This document shows positions 29,164 through 38,254 of a DNA stretch of 64,000 bases, one piece after another. The notes under the pieces are model-generated. The model saw only the letters and a program-made list of their open reading frames with translations, had not been told where the DNA came from and did not search any database. Origin of the DNA: Thermodesulfobacteriota bacterium (GTDB lineage: Bacteria; Desulfobacterota; GWC2-55-46; JADFVP01); NCBI GenBank assembly GCA_046753845.1, contig JBHHUP010000002.1, forward strand, positions 11,061 through 75,060. The letters run 5' to 3'. Numbering within the stretch: position 1 is the stretch's first letter; each line of letters opens with the position of its first letter. The position numbers were made by a program, and so were the translations under genes.

Positions 29164-29436
29164 ATGGCAGCAAGTGATAGCAGTACTCATAAACGCAGGC
29201 ATTCCGACGAGGGTGTCATAAATGGTAAGATGATCGTAAGGGATATTATAAACACCTGTCCCCAGGCGGAGGTCATAATAAAAAAACACCTCGGTGCCGC
29301 AGCCCTTATTGTACCCGGCGCAAGGGTTGAGTCCCTTGAATTTCTTCTTGCCATGAATGATTATCATGAATCAACTATCCTTGCGGAACTTAACGAGGTA
29401 TGCAAGGTAGCACCCACTAAGGTGGGGCATTTTTAA
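29164..29436 (+). CDS. small DUF1858-like protein (hybrid-cluster-associated redox-disulfide-type domain)
   Basis: The pattern MIVRDIINTCPQAEVIIKKHLG...SLEFLLAMNDYHE resembles DUF1858. ATG at 29164 is preferred because the track start at 29104 overlaps nuoN. Confidence 0.55.
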   Translation: MAASDSSTHKRRHSDEGVINGKMIVRDIINTCPQAEVIIKKHLGAAALIVPGARVESLEFLLAMNDYHESTILAELNEVCKVAPTKVGHF

Positions 29437-29454
29437 CGGCGCTATCCTCAGTCA

Positions 29455-30345
29455 ATGACTAATCAGACCCCCTTGAAGGGGCTAACCGAGGTCAAAGTTC
29501 TATGTCCGGCCAAGGTAAATCTTTTTTTACGTATACTGGACAAAAGGCCTGACGGTTACCACGAGATATATTCCCTTCTTCAGTCTATTTCTCTATACGA
29601 TGAACTTACGGTCTCTATTGAAGGGCCTGATAAAGGTATATCCATTAAGACGGATTCTGCGCTTATACCTTCAGATGACCGCAACCTGGCTTATCGCGCC
29701 GCGGAACTTTTTCTTCAAAGTACAGGGCTGCAGGGTAAGTCCGTTTTTATCCGCATAAAAAAGGTGATACCCGTTGGTGCGGGACTCGGTGGAGGCAGTT
29801 CGGACTGTGCCGGTGTACTCATGGCTCTAGATGACATCTTCGGTACCAGCCTTGGGCAGAAAACCCTTATGGAACTTGGTGCCACACTGGGCTCTGACGT
29901 GCCTTTTTTCATGCTTAAGACTCCTGCCATAGCGAGAGGCAGAGGGGAGGTCTTAAGGGCGGTAAAGGTGCCGGGATTCCACTATATCTTAATTAACCCC
30001 GGTTTTTCCGTCTCCACCAGGTGGGTTTACGAGAATTTGAGCTTGACAAAGAAGGGCGAAAAGAATATCTTATTTAATTCAGATAGGTTTTTTGAGAGTA
30101 AGAAAGGCCTTCTTGACAAACTTAAGAATGATCTTGAGGACGTTACCTGCGGCAGGTTTCCAGAGATAGAGGGCCTTAAGCGGGTCCTTCTGGAATCCGG
30201 CGCAGATGCTGCGCTAATGTCAGGTAGCGGCCCCACGGTATTTGGTCTCTTCACGGTAAAAGAAGCGGCTGAGCAGGCATATACTCGCCTTAAAGAGAAA
30301 TATGCCGAAAAAAAGTTTTCTGTCTTCCTTGCGAGCGGGCTGTAG
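29455..30345 (+). CDS. ispE: 4-diphosphocytidyl-2-C-methyl-D-erythritol kinase
   Basis: GHMP kinase motif PVGAGLGGGSSDCAG and the KVNLFLRI N-terminus. Confidence 0.88.
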   Translation: MTNQTPLKGLTEVKVLCPAKVNLFLRILDKRPDGYHEIYSLLQSISLYDELTVSIEGPDKGISIKTDSALIPSDDRNLAYRAAELFLQSTGLQGKSVFIRIKKVIPVGAGLGGGSSDCAGVLMALDDIFGTSLGQKTLMELGATLGSDVPFFMLKTPAIARGRGEVLRAVKVPGFHYILINPGFSVSTRWVYENLSLTKKGEKNILFNSDRFFESKKGLLDKLKNDLEDVTCGRFPEIEGLKRVLLESGADAALMSGSGPTVFGLFTVKEAAEQAYTRLKEKYAEKKFSVFLASGL

Positions 30346-30601
30346 GGCTCGGGGATTGGATTTAAATATTTTGGGACCGCTGAGGTAGAGCTCTTTAGTT
30401 GTGGGTCTACATTGCGATTGGTTTGTTTGTGTTCTTGGCCGGGTAGGATGGTAATATGAGGTGCTGAGTGGTTTTTGCCTCAGCTATTGCATGATTTATA
30501 AGTAGGCCTCTGTCTTTTTTTTTATAATAAAGATCTTTGGTAGATAGTTACCTTTGTCATTACGGTTTTTTTTTGCTTGCGGCTTACCGTGGTTCTCCGA
30601 T

Positions 30602-30676
30602 TGGGGCGTGGCCAAGCGGCAAGGCACGGGGTTTTGATCCCCGCAATCGGAGGTTCGAATCCTCCCGCCCCAGCCA
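30602..30676 (+). tRNA. tRNA-Gln (anticodon TTG), CCA encoded
   Basis: Hand-folded cloverleaf. Acceptor TGGGGCG/CGCCCCA, anticodon stem CGGGG/CCCCG with loop TTTTGAT, and T-arm GGAGG-TTCGAAT-CCTCC. It is close to the E. coli tRNA-Gln sequence. Confidence 0.92.
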
Positions 30677-30719
30677 TTGTGGCTAATAAGATACTTTTCT
30701 TAGCAGGGTTTGTTTTAAG

Positions 30720-31658
30720 ATGAAAAACATAAGATTATTTTCCGGAAATTCCAACAAATCTCTCTCCGAGGAGATTGCGGCTCACCTTGGTATGGAGATT
30801 GGCAAAGCTGAGGTAAAGAGCTTTAGCGATGGTGAAATATGTGTTGATATTCAAGAAAGCGTAAGGAGTCGTGAGGTCTATGTGGTGCAATCTACTTCTT
30901 CTCCGGGCAACCACAACCTGATGGAGCTTCTTATAATGTTAGATGCCCTTAAGAGGGCCTCTGCTCAGTCTATTACAGCGGTAATACCTTATTACGGTTA
31001 CGCCAGGCAAGATAGGAAGGTAGCCCCGAGGACGCCTATAACGGCAAAGCTGGTTGCCGACCTTATCGCCACGGCAGGGGCAACGCGTGTTGTATGTATG
31101 GATCTTCACGCAGGGCAGATTCAGGGTTTTTTTGATATTCCCGTTGATAACCTCTTCGCAACCCCCGTACTTCTTGATCATATAAAAGGTCGTTTTGATG
31201 ACAACGTTGTCATCGTCTCTCCTGATGCAGGAGGCGTTGAGAGGACGCGTGCTTTTGCTAAGAGGCTTGGAGCCAGCATCGCCATCATAGACAAGAGGCG
31301 TTCCGCGCCTAATGTCTCAGAGGTCATGCATGTGGTAGGTGATGTTAGCGGTAAAACTGCCATACTCCTTGATGACATGATTGATACGGCTGGTACGATT
31401 ACGCAGGCGGCTAAGGCACTTGAGGGATTCGGTGCCAGCGAGGTCTATGCCTGCTGTACTCATCCGGTGCTCTCTGGGCCTGCCATAAGCCGTATCGAGG
31501 CTTCTCCCATAAAAGAACTGGTGGTGACCAATACCATCCCCCTTGACGAGAGGGGAAGGAACTGCGGCAAGTTAAAGGTTGTATCCATTGGCTCTCTTCT
31601 TGCCGAGGCCATAAAGAGAATTCATAGCGGGGACTCAGTAAGTTCTCTCTTTGTCTGA
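30720..31658 (+). CDS. prs: ribose-phosphate pyrophosphokinase
   Basis: 312 aa with the [11 protein letters not shown] and DDMIDTAGT motifs. Confidence 0.93.
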   Translation: MKNIRLFSGNSNKSLSEEIAAHLGMEIGKAEVKSFSDGEICVDIQESVRSREVYVVQSTSSPGNHNLMELLIMLDALKRASAQSITAVIPYYGYARQDRKVAPRTPITAKLVADLIATAGATRVVCMDLHAGQIQGFFDIPVDNLFATPVLLDHIKGRFDDNVVIVSPDAGGVERTRAFAKRLGASIAIIDKRRSAPNVSEVMHVVGDVSGKTAILLDDMIDTAGTITQAAKALEGFGASEVYACCTHPVLSGPAISRIEASPIKELVVTNTIPLDERGRNCGKLKVVSIGSLLAEAIKRIHSGDSVSSLFV

Positions 31659-31733
31659 AGCTGTGTAGAGTTTTTTTTGAAAAAACTAAGTTTATTTAAT
31701 CTTATTTAAAATGATATTCATGGAGGACGTTTA

Positions 31734-32381
31734 ATGGAAGAGATAAGCCTGCCGGCAGGCATAAGAAACGTTACAGGTAGGGCGGTAGCAAGAAGTCTTA
31801 GAAGAGAGGGTATGACCCCGGCTGTACTTTACGGCCCGGGCATTGAAAAATCCCTGCCGCTAAGCCTTAACAGAAAAGAGCTGGAGAGGGTGCTTCATCT
31901 CTCTGCCGGTGCAAACGTAATCGTTACCCTTGATATAGAGGGCGGGGATAAAAAAACGGCTATGTTCAAAGAAGTAGTCCGTCACCCCGTGCACGATACC
32001 ATTGAGCACGTAGACCTTATACACGTTATTTACGGTACGCTTATTACCGTAGAGGTCCCATTGCATATAACTGGTAAGGCCAAGGGAGTGGTGCTTGGCG
32101 GTATAGTACAGCATGGAGTCAGGCAGATGACCGTGGAATGCCTGCCAAGAGCTATCCCTGACAGCATTGATGTGGATATCACGGAGCTGGACCTCGGTGA
32201 TGCTATCCATATAAAGGATGTTATTCTTCCTGAAGGCGTTAAGCTTGCCGATGACGAGGAGCTTACTGTGCTTTCTATCGTAGCTCCTGCTGCTGAGGAG
32301 GAGGTCAAGACCGAGGAAGAGACCGCTGAGGAGCTGGCAAAGAGCTTTGAGGAGAAGGAAGAGACTCCTTCTGAGGAATAG
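31734..32381 (+). CDS. rplY: 50S ribosomal protein L25/general stress protein Ctc
   Basis: Long-form L25 with an acidic C-terminal tail, in the conserved prs-ctc-pth order. Confidence 0.9.
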   Translation: MEEISLPAGIRNVTGRAVARSLRREGMTPAVLYGPGIEKSLPLSLNRKELERVLHLSAGANVIVTLDIEGGDKKTAMFKEVVRHPVHDTIEHVDLIHVIYGTLITVEVPLHITGKAKGVVLGGIVQHGVRQMTVECLPRAIPDSIDVDITELDLGDAIHIKDVILPEGVKLADDEELTVLSIVAPAAEEEVKTEEETAEELAKSFEEKEETPSEE

Positions 32382-32471
32382 CCCGAAAGAACTACGGCTG
32401 CCGATTAATTACTTGCGAGTATTGAATCGGCCATATGGCTGACTTAAGACGATATATACGGGAAAGTATAC

Positions 32472-33026
32472 TTGTTTCTTATCGCGGGGCTGGGAAATCC
32501 CGGCAGTGAATATGTAAATACTCGGCACAACGTGGGTTTCATGCTCCTTGACAGGCTTGCCGTGCGGTTTGGAATAAAGTGTGCTTCCAGAGCAAGCGGA
32601 GCCCTCTGGGGGAGGGGGAGTATTAAAGGCGAGGACGTGGCGCTGATAAAGCCAATGTCCTTTATGAATCTCAGCGGTAAGGCTGTCGGGGCCTTTACGC
32701 GTAAATTTGCACTCTCTCCTGCATCAGTACTTGTATTGCTTGACGATTGTGAGCTGCCCCTTGGCACTTTAAGGATAAAGCCGGGGGGAGGCAGCGGCGG
32801 TCATAACGGGCTTGGCTCTGTAATAGAAAACCTTGGCGGCTCGGATTTTCCAAGGCTGCGTCTTGGTATAGGCAGGCCGGAGCACGGAGACCTTACGGCC
32901 CATGTTCTTGGTTCATTCAGCTTTGAGGAACGCCAGGTCCTTGAAGAAATGCTTGAAAATGCTCTCTCTTCCGTAGAATGTATTATCGAAGAAGGGATAG
33001 CAGCCGCGATGAATAGATTTAATTAG
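32472..33026 (+). CDS. pth: peptidyl-tRNA hydrolase
   Basis: LIAGLGNPGSEYVNTRHNVGF N-terminus. TTG start. Confidence 0.9.
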   Translation: MFLIAGLGNPGSEYVNTRHNVGFMLLDRLAVRFGIKCASRASGALWGRGSIKGEDVALIKPMSFMNLSGKAVGAFTRKFALSPASVLVLLDDCELPLGTLRIKPGGGSGGHNGLGSVIENLGGSDFPRLRLGIGRPEHGDLTAHVLGSFSFEERQVLEEMLENALSSVECIIEEGIAAAMNRFN

Positions 33027-33096
33027 CTGGTTAGTGGGCTATAACGCATTAAGGTAGCCCCTTTAGTCTGTATAATCATTCAGCAAAGGAGTTGTT

Positions 33097-35118
33097 ATGG
33101 GATTTCTCACTACTCTCGCGCCTTTTCTCGGGGTGGGCGGCCTTGTTCTCGCTGGCGTCATGTATATTATCGTTACCGGCAAACCAGAGGGTAACGAAAA
33201 GATGCGTGAGATAGCCGGCCTTATCCATGGCGGGGCCATGGTTTACCTGAAGCGGCAGTACAGGATACTCTTTATCGTAATTATTCTGGCGGCCATCGCC
33301 CTAACTATCTTTATCGGTTTCTCTACGGCTATAGCCTATCTCTTCGGCGCCAGCTTCTCAATGATGGCAGGTTTTTTCGGGATGAAGGGAGCTACAAAGG
33401 CAAACGTAAGAACAGCGGAAGCTGCAAATATGTATAAGCCTGACGCCGGCAAGGCCCTTAGTGTTGCCTTTATCGGCGGCTCTGTTATGGGGTTATCAGT
33501 AGCGAGTCTCGGTCTTGTGGGTATAGGAATATTTTTCTATTTTTATGGGTATCCTGATACAGCGGCTGTTATAAACGGTTTTGCCATGGGTGCTTCTTCA
33601 ATAGCACTTTTTGCCAGGGTAGGCGGCGGCATATATACGAAGACCGCCGATGTTGGCGCCGACCTTGTTGGTAAGGTTGAGGCAGGTATACCTGAGGACG
33701 ACCCGCGCAACCCCGGTGTTATCGCCGATAATGTTGGAGATAATGTAGGCGACGTAGCCGGACTCGGCGCTGATATCTTCGAGTCCTATGTGGGCTCTAT
33801 AATTGCCACTATAGCCCTTGGTGCAACGGTAATAGCGGGCTCGGCATCTGCTAAGCTCGGCAGCAGTTTGGCGCTTATGTCTTATCCTCTGATACTTGCC
33901 ATGATGGGGTTAATCTCCTCTATCATAGGCATAGCGGCCATGAAATATCTTGAGCGCTTTAATCCTGCTTCTGCGCTGCGTTACTCAACCTTTATAGCCA
34001 CCGCCATATTTCTTATCTTGGCTTTTTTCAGCACATTTGCCTCACACGTAGCTGTAAGCGTTTATGTGGCGGTCTTCGCGGGCTGTATCTGCGGTATTGC
34101 CATAGGGCTAATTACGGAGTATTATACCTCGGCAGGTCCCGTTCATAGGATAGAGGAGGCCAGTGAGACAGGGGCTGCCACGAATATAATAAGCGGCCTT
34201 GCCGTTGGCCTTGAGAGCACTGTTCTCCCACTTCTCGCTATCTGCATCGCAATATTCGTAGCCAACCACTTTGCCGGGCTATACGGTATTGGTATAGCGG
34301 CGGTAGGAATGCTTGCTACCACAGGCATAATCATGAGTGTTGATGCTTATGGCCCCATAGCCGATAACGCAGGTGGTATCTCAGAGATGAGCGGTCTCGG
34401 TGAAGATGTAAGAGAGATAACAGACAGCCTTGACGCCCTTGGCAACACGACGGCGGCCATAGGTAAGGGGTTTGCCATTGGTTCGGCGGCCTTAACGGCT
34501 CTTGCCATGTTCTCGGCCTACAGTCAGGCCATTACCATGAAGCTCGGGCACAGTTTCGAGATTGTTATTACAGACCCCAAGGTAGTAATCGGCCTCTTTA
34601 TCGGCGGCACCTTGCCATTCCTCATCGGGGCCCTTACCATGACAAGCGTTGGTAAGGCCGCCTTTAAGATGGTTAACGAGATTAGAAGGCAGTTCAGGGA
34701 TATACCCGGACTCCTTGACGGTAAAGAAGGGGTAAAGCCCGATGTTGACAGATGTATCGACATAAGCACCAAGGCCGCCCTTAGAGAGATGATACTTCCC
34801 GGCCTTATCGCCCTCTTAATGCCTATTATAATCGGTTTCATACTGGGCCCTTACGCCCTTGGCGGCATGCTCGCAGGTGCTACGGTAACTGGAGTGCTGC
34901 TTGCCATCTTCATGGCAAATGCCGGTGGCGCCTGGGATAATGCCAAAAAATTCATTGAGCAGGGCAGTCACGGCGGCAAGGGCTCTGATTCGCACAAGGC
35001 GGCCGTTGTGGGAGATACCGTTGGAGACCCATTCAAGGACACATCAGGGCCTTCAATGAACATACTTATAAAGCTTATGAGTGTTGTCTCCCTTATCATA
35101 GCACCCCTGCTTGTCTAG
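33097..35118 (+). CDS. hppA: membrane-bound proton/sodium-translocating pyrophosphatase
   Basis: 673 aa polytopic protein with [20 protein letters not shown] and DNVGDNVGD motifs. Confidence 0.93.
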   Translation: MGFLTTLAPFLGVGGLVLAGVMYIIVTGKPEGNEKMREIAGLIHGGAMVYLKRQYRILFIVIILAAIALTIFIGFSTAIAYLFGASFSMMAGFFGMKGATKANVRTAEAANMYKPDAGKALSVAFIGGSVMGLSVASLGLVGIGIFFYFYGYPDTAAVINGFAMGASSIALFARVGGGIYTKTADVGADLVGKVEAGIPEDDPRNPGVIADNVGDNVGDVAGLGADIFESYVGSIIATIALGATVIAGSASAKLGSSLALMSYPLILAMMGLISSIIGIAAMKYLERFNPASALRYSTFIATAIFLILAFFSTFASHVAVSVYVAVFAGCICGIAIGLITEYYTSAGPVHRIEEASETGAATNIISGLAVGLESTVLPLLAICIAIFVANHFAGLYGIGIAAVGMLATTGIIMSVDAYGPIADNAGGISEMSGLGEDVREITDSLDALGNTTAAIGKGFAIGSAALTALAMFSAYSQAITMKLGHSFEIVITDPKVVIGLFIGGTLPFLIGALTMTSVGKAAFKMVNEIRRQFRDIPGLLDGKEGVKPDVDRCIDISTKAALREMILPGLIALLMPIIIGFILGPYALGGMLAGATVTGVLLAIFMANAGGAWDNAKKFIEQGSHGGKGSDSHKAAVVGDTVGDPFKDTSGPSMNILIKLMSVVSLIIAPLLV

Positions 35119-35236
35119 GAGAGGCCGTGTTTCAGGGATAGCTTTTCAGGGTTTGTTTTTTATTTTGTCAAAGAGTGGCTATGGAGGCATTAACTCGGCT
35201 GCTTTTTACATTCAGTAAAGATAGTATTGTTGAGTT

Positions 35237-35272
35237 GGGGCGGTTAGGTCTAACCGCCCCAGTTCTTTTTTT
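35237..35272 (+). terminator. rho-independent terminator of hppA
   Basis: 10-bp stem GGGGCGGTTA-ggtc-TAACCGCCCC, followed by agttcTTTTTTT. Confidence 0.7.
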
Positions 35273-35340
35273 ATGATATATATCGTCTATATCAGCGAAG
35301 AATATTTCTCTTATATTCATACCAGAGAGGTTAGTGCTTC

Positions 35341-36432
35341 ATGGGTTTTAATTGCGGTATTGTCGGGCTTCCAAATGTGGGTAAATCTACGATTTTTAAT
35401 GCGATGACCTCTGCCGGTGCCGTCTCTTCCAATTATCCTTTTACCACTATAGACCCGAACGTGGGCATGGTAGTTCTGCGGGACAGCAGGCTCGATGCCC
35501 TTGCTGAGATTGTGAAACCTGAGAGGATTCTGCCAACAGCCGTGGAGTTCGTGGATATAGCCGGTCTTGTAAAGGGCGCAAGCCGTGGTGAGGGGCTTGG
35601 CAACCGTTTTTTGGGCAACATACGCGAGGTGGATATGATAGCCCATGTTGTAAGGTGTTTTGACGACCCCGGTGTCGTTCATGTGGCAGGAAAGGTCTCA
35701 CCTCTTGACGATATAGATGTAGTAGAGACAGAGCTAATGCTGGCGGACCTTGATGCTGTTACAAAAAGGCATCATCGCACATTGAAGCTCGCTAAATCCG
35801 GTGATAAAGATGCCATACGTTTGGCAGCTATTTACGAGAACCTGAAAGAAGCCCTTGAAGACGGACGGCCCGCAAGGAGTGTACTTGATGCTGAGACGGC
35901 CCCCCTTGTGAAGGACCTCTGCCTTATTACGGCAAAGCCCGTTATCTATGTCGCCAACGTTGGCGAGGATGATCTTGGCGGCAGGAGCGATGCTGTAGAG
36001 AGCGTTCGTGAGGCTTCTGCGAGGCTTGGCGGCGGTTTTGTATCCATGTGCGGCTCAATTGAGTCGGAGTTATCGGTAATGAGTGATGATGAGAGGAGTG
36101 AATTTCTCGATGGCCTTGGACTTAGTGAGTCCGGCCTCGACAGGCTCGCAGGGGCATCATATTCTCTTCTCGGCCTTATTACTTATTTTACCGCAGGCGT
36201 TCTTGAGGTAAGGGCATGGACCGTACGAGACGGAGCCAAAGCCCCGGAAGCTGCCGGTGTTATTCACAGCGATTTTGAGCGCGGTTTTATTAAGGCCGAG
36301 GTTATAAAATATGAGGACTTTATTGCATGGAAAGGCGAGGCCGGATGCCGAGAAAAAGGCCTGGTGCGTATGGAAGGAAAGGAGTATTTTGTGAAGGATG
36401 GAGACATACTGCACTTTAGATTCGCTACATGA
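35341..36432 (+). CDS. ychF: ribosome-binding ATPase YchF
   Basis: GIVGLPNVGKSTIFNA P-loop and a TGS-like C-terminus. 363 aa. Confidence 0.93.
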   Translation: MGFNCGIVGLPNVGKSTIFNAMTSAGAVSSNYPFTTIDPNVGMVVLRDSRLDALAEIVKPERILPTAVEFVDIAGLVKGASRGEGLGNRFLGNIREVDMIAHVVRCFDDPGVVHVAGKVSPLDDIDVVETELMLADLDAVTKRHHRTLKLAKSGDKDAIRLAAIYENLKEALEDGRPARSVLDAETAPLVKDLCLITAKPVIYVANVGEDDLGGRSDAVESVREASARLGGGFVSMCGSIESELSVMSDDERSEFLDGLGLSESGLDRLAGASYSLLGLITYFTAGVLEVRAWTVRDGAKAPEAAGVIHSDFERGFIKAEVIKYEDFIAWKGEAGCREKGLVRMEGKEYFVKDGDILHFRFAT

Positions 36433-36550
36433 CGACGCCCCCCCCCTTATCTTTACTGTTTTTGCCCTTTTCTTTTTACTCTTGGCTTTCCTGCTTTATA
36501 TACAACGTAAATGCCTTTGTTTTTTTAAACAAGAGCAGTATTTTAAATAT

Positions 36551-36583
36551 GTTCTTGACAAGAACATAAATATACTGTATAAT
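36551..36583 (+). promoter_or_regulatory. consensus sigma70 promoter with -35 embedded in a 15-bp palindrome
   Basis: TTGACA (36555-36560), a 17-nt spacer, then TATAAT (36578-36583). GTTCTTG-A-CAAGAAC at 36551-36565 is a perfect 7-1-7 inverted repeat. TATAC-T-GTATA overlaps the -10. Confidence 0.6.
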
Positions 36584-36663
36584 AAATATCATAATCGGTG
36601 GAATAAATCGTTTACAACAACTGGCCATAGATACTTCGACGGTGAAAATCATCTTAGACATGC

Positions 36664-36680
36664 GTAATATACTATATTAC
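36664..36680. promoter_or_regulatory. 17-bp perfect palindrome, candidate operator
   Basis: GTAATATA-C-TATATTAC with 8-bp arms, about 80 bp downstream of the consensus promoter in the AT-rich leader. Confidence 0.35.
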
Positions 36681-36806
36681 AGTTGTTTTCTTAGGACAGC
36701 CATTCTGTTCCATCGCACACTTCTATTTCCTGTAAATCAATTAATAGTTAAGTAGTTTTAGTTTTTCTTGTTTTATGTGTGAAGTACACGCACATTAAGA
36801 GAATTA

Positions 36807-37136
36807 TTGACTTTTTTGTCTTTTATGTACACTTATACTTTAGAGAGAAAATATTTGGCCGGTAAGATTAAGATAGATGCTGAAATCTTTTATGACAAGC
36901 TTAGTGGAGAGGGGCCTGGCCTTCGTGATCTTTTATGGCCGCTCTCTGATCTCAGCCCAAGGGAGCGGGCTGTTTTTATGGAGTATCATTATTGGAGTAC
37001 TCATATGAGGGTAATTGCGAAGAGTCACAGGATTTCACTTGGGAGGGCTTATGAAATACTTTACAGATCAGAAGAAAAAGTCGCATCCGCAAGGACACAG
37101 GAGAAGGCGAAGGAAGATATCTATTTCAACCCCTGA
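36807..37136 (+). CDS. small regulator with sigma70 region-4/LuxR-like HTH
   Basis: LSPRERAVFMEYHYWSTHMRVIAKSHRISLGRAYEILYRSEEKV resembles a region 4.2 HTH. The start is uncertain (TTG 36807 or ATG 36825) and no clear RBS is present. Confidence 0.5.
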   Translation: MTFLSFMYTYTLERKYLAGKIKIDAEIFYDKLSGEGPGLRDLLWPLSDLSPRERAVFMEYHYWSTHMRVIAKSHRISLGRAYEILYRSEEKVASARTQEKAKEDIYFNP

Positions 37137-37320
37137 GGCAGAGCCCGAGGTTAGCTGGAGTGAGTATAAGACCATTAGGCAGTATCAGTCTCTTGGAGAC
37201 GTTCTTGATGAGTTTAAGATATATGGTTTTGCAGCCGGCGTAGAGCATATACTTGAGAAAAATATGCTCTTTGAGAGGGATAACGGTCATTATTGGCTTA
37301 CCTCAGATAAGAAAAAATAG
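37051..37320 (+). CDS. hypothetical phage protein with basic N-terminus
   Basis: ATG at 37051 is preceded by GGGAGGG. It overlaps the previous ORF by 86 nt in the +1 frame and is followed by a terminator. Confidence 0.45.
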   Translation: MKYFTDQKKKSHPQGHRRRRRKISISTPEAEPEVSWSEYKTIRQYQSLGDVLDEFKIYGFAAGVEHILEKNMLFERDNGHYWLTSDKKK

Positions 37321-37365
37321 GTTTTCATTAGTCTTAAAATAATTCAATATATTTTGTTAAGTAGA

Positions 37366-37399
37366 AACCGCACGGGTTATAACCCGCGCGGTTTTTTTT
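37366..37399 (+). terminator. rho-independent terminator
   Basis: ACCGCACGGG-ttataa-CCCGCGCGGT (one mismatch), followed by a T8 run. Confidence 0.65.
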
Positions 37400-37543
37400 A
37401 TCTCTAATTTCGACCTTTAGTGATGGGGGTAGAATAAAATTGCCTTATTTGTCTTGTAAAAACAAATAGATGGGCGTGAAGGGGTAGAAAAAAAACACCA
37501 TAGGGTATAGAGGAGAAAAAAATAACATCAGGAGGTCGCAGCC

Positions 37544-37729
37544 ATGACAGATGTATCCGGTTCTGAGATGAAGGCTTCAGGTGGGCTCAATTGGTTTAAA
37601 TATCGTCAGATTGGAAGAAAAAGGGTCCTTTTGAGGGAGCCGGAGAGATGTCTTGAGTGCGGTCATGTCTTTATTAGTCTTTATCCTATTGGAAGATGTG
37701 TGGATCATGATGGCCTTGAGGAGATCTAA
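37544..37729 (+). CDS. small Cys/His protein, hypothetical (zinc-ribbon-like)
   Basis: An AGGAGG RBS lies 8 nt upstream. The pattern is CLECGH...CVDH. Confidence 0.55.
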   Translation: MTDVSGSEMKASGGLNWFKYRQIGRKRVLLREPERCLECGHVFISLYPIGRCVDHDGLEEI

Positions 37730-37732
37730 AGG

Positions 37733-38254
37733 ATGAGGATCGAGACGGTAGAAGCTCTACCTCCTGTGGAGGTGTATAAAAACGTAGTGGGTGCATGGGA
37801 TTGTAATAAGGCACAGAAATCTGCCAGACATGTCTCCCTTGAATCTGATTACGAGGCTGAGGAGATGAGAGCAGGGGTAGATGAAGTAGCGGTGGAATCA
37901 GCAAAAGAAGGTGTAGTGAATCAGGCAGAGGCTCTTAAAGGCGACTTAAATTCCAAGGGTATTTCTTCTCTGGAGGCCATGGAGGGTATTACCGCGGAGC
38001 ATCGCAGGCTATGGGATAAGGTTAGGAAGAAGTTGGTAGCCGGTCTCTGTAAAAGGGATCTTAATAAAGGCCTTGAGCAGTTGAAGGTCGCAAAGCTTGC
38101 AGGAGATATATTAAGTGTCGTGGTCAAGGGGCAAAGACAGGCCTGGGGTCTTGACGTCCTCGAGGGCGAACTCCGATGCGATGATACGGAGGAGTTTATC
38201 GAAGAGATGGCATCCCTTACGGTACCATCGCGAGCAGATAAGGCTCTGGACTGA
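37733..38254 (+). CDS. hypothetical protein, possible small terminase subunit (by position only)
   Basis: 173 aa ORF immediately upstream of, and overlapping, the large terminase ORF. I recognise no motif. Confidence 0.4.
   Translation: MRIETVEALPPVEVYKNVVGAWDCNKAQKSARHVSLESDYEAEEMRAGVDEVAVESAKEGVVNQAEALKGDLNSKGISSLEAMEGITAEHRRLWDKVRKKLVAGLCKRDLNKGLEQLKVAKLAGDILSVVVKGQRQAWGLDVLEGELRCDDTEEFIEEMASLTVPSRADKALD

Noticed and set aside
30602-30676. tRNA-Gln as the integration site of the phage-like element
   Set aside because: It lies about 5.8 kb from the left edge of the cluster, with five intact housekeeping genes (prs, rplY, pth, hppA, ychF) in between. No partial tRNA copy is seen at the right edge.
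36438-36446. C9 homopolymer immediately after the ychF stop, as a phase-variation switch or att remnant
   Set aside because: It is intergenic and is not placed between the -35 and -10 elements or within a coding frame. Similar G/C runs occur elsewhere in spacers of this window (for example 2231-2240 and 60930-60937), so it looks like a genome habit.
36398-36667. 89-aa + strand ORF, and 61-aa minus-strand ORF at 36476-36661, in the AT-rich island
   Set aside because: The + strand ORF starts inside ychF and runs through the consensus promoter and palindromes. The composition is AT-driven (Phe/Leu/Lys/Asn/Tyr) and there is no RBS. The region is better explained as regulatory DNA.
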